From an uncultured Pseudomonadota bacterium (GTDB lineage: Bacteria > Pseudomonadota > Alphaproteobacteria > RF32 > CAG-239), in contig CASFLB010000002.1 in the NCBI GenBank assembly GCA_949295395.1, forward strand, positions 423 through 64,422: 64,000 bases of DNA. The letters are read 5' to 3'. Every line of letters starts with the position of its first letter. Within the stretch, counting starts at the first letter, position 1. Below, in pieces: positions 63,736-64,000 of the stretch. The notes under the pieces were generated by a model. The model was not told the origin of the DNA and ran no database searches. It saw nothing but the letters and a program-made list of their open reading frames with translations. A program made the position numbers and the translations under genes.

Positions 63736-64000
63736 CTACATTGCGCAATAGTCGCAATAATCCGAATATCCGTCTTTACAGCCGGTCACATACCACAAGC
63801 CCGAACATTCCTCATAAGTACAGATCGACCCACTCGGGCATGAGGTTAAATTGCCTAAATTCGGACAGGGTTTACAGTTGTCATATTTGATTAAATCACC
63901 GGATTGACAGCTCTTGGCTCCGGCCGCTCCTCCCATATCTCCGCAGTCTAAAAATCCGTCGCAAGGATTGATTTTAATTTTGTATTTCGTGACACCGTCA
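63736..64000 (-). CDS. C-terminal part of a Cys-rich protein (N-terminus beyond the window edge)
   Basis: The minus-strand frame is open from the window edge. ...NPCDGFLDCGDMGGAAGAKSCQSGDLIKYDNCKPCPNLGNLTSCPSGSICTYEECSGLWYVTGCKDGYSDYCDYCAM*. The ORF track lists only the part from the first Met. Confidence 0.5.
   Translation of the reverse strand, partial: DGVTKYKIKINPCDGFLDCGDMGGAAGAKSCQSGDLIKYDNCKPCPNLGNLTSCPSGSICTYEECSGLWYVTGCKDGYSDYCDYCAM

Overview
This 64-kb window is a low-GC (~40%) alphaproteobacterial chromosome segment, densely coding, with mostly housekeeping genes. MipZ, a CckA-like hybrid kinase, HdaA, SPOR-domain proteins, an AtpD with a Lys/Ala-rich N-terminal extension and the priA–atpHAGDC linkage point to a host-associated, Rhizobiales-like lineage; the exact taxon cannot be determined from the window.

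Main housekeeping blocks, in order: lon (5' part), atpC-D-G-A-H (minus), a split priA, xerC, rpmG, an S41 peptidase, xth, a dgt-like gene, a SPOR protein, an M50 peptidase, nagZ, tRNA-His, a dacA-like gene with a SPOR tail, mipZ, pgm, fliQ-fliR-flhB, a cckA-like gene, hdaA, a tetR gene with an RND efflux pair, infB–ylxR/L7Ae–nusA–rimP (minus), lptF/G, cysK, nudix–gmk–yicC, an SDR, an ampG-like gene, hslVU, hemW, trxA and addA-addB (minus).

Accessory-looking content:
1. A terminator-flanked three-gene cassette at 36.1–39.3 kb: a 672-aa protein with a clear T4/P22-type (GH24) lysozyme domain plus C-terminal TPR repeats, followed by two tandem paralogous small proteins with DUF1566-like motifs. 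It sits where rbfA-truB-rpsO would normally follow infB. This is the best candidate for an undescribed system.
2. A prophage-like immunity remnant at 2.0–4.2 kb, between lon and atpC: a CI/LexA-type repressor whose catalytic Ser is replaced by Ala, divergent from a two-gene operon of unknown function.
3. Tandem secreted Cys-rich proteins at the 3' edge, one again DUF1566-like.

Two apparent gene disruptions were seen directly in the sequence: priA is split by a 7-bp tandem duplication, and rpmG (L33) carries a 1-nt homopolymer deletion.

All product calls rest on motif-level reading by eye. No similarity or HMM searches could be run.
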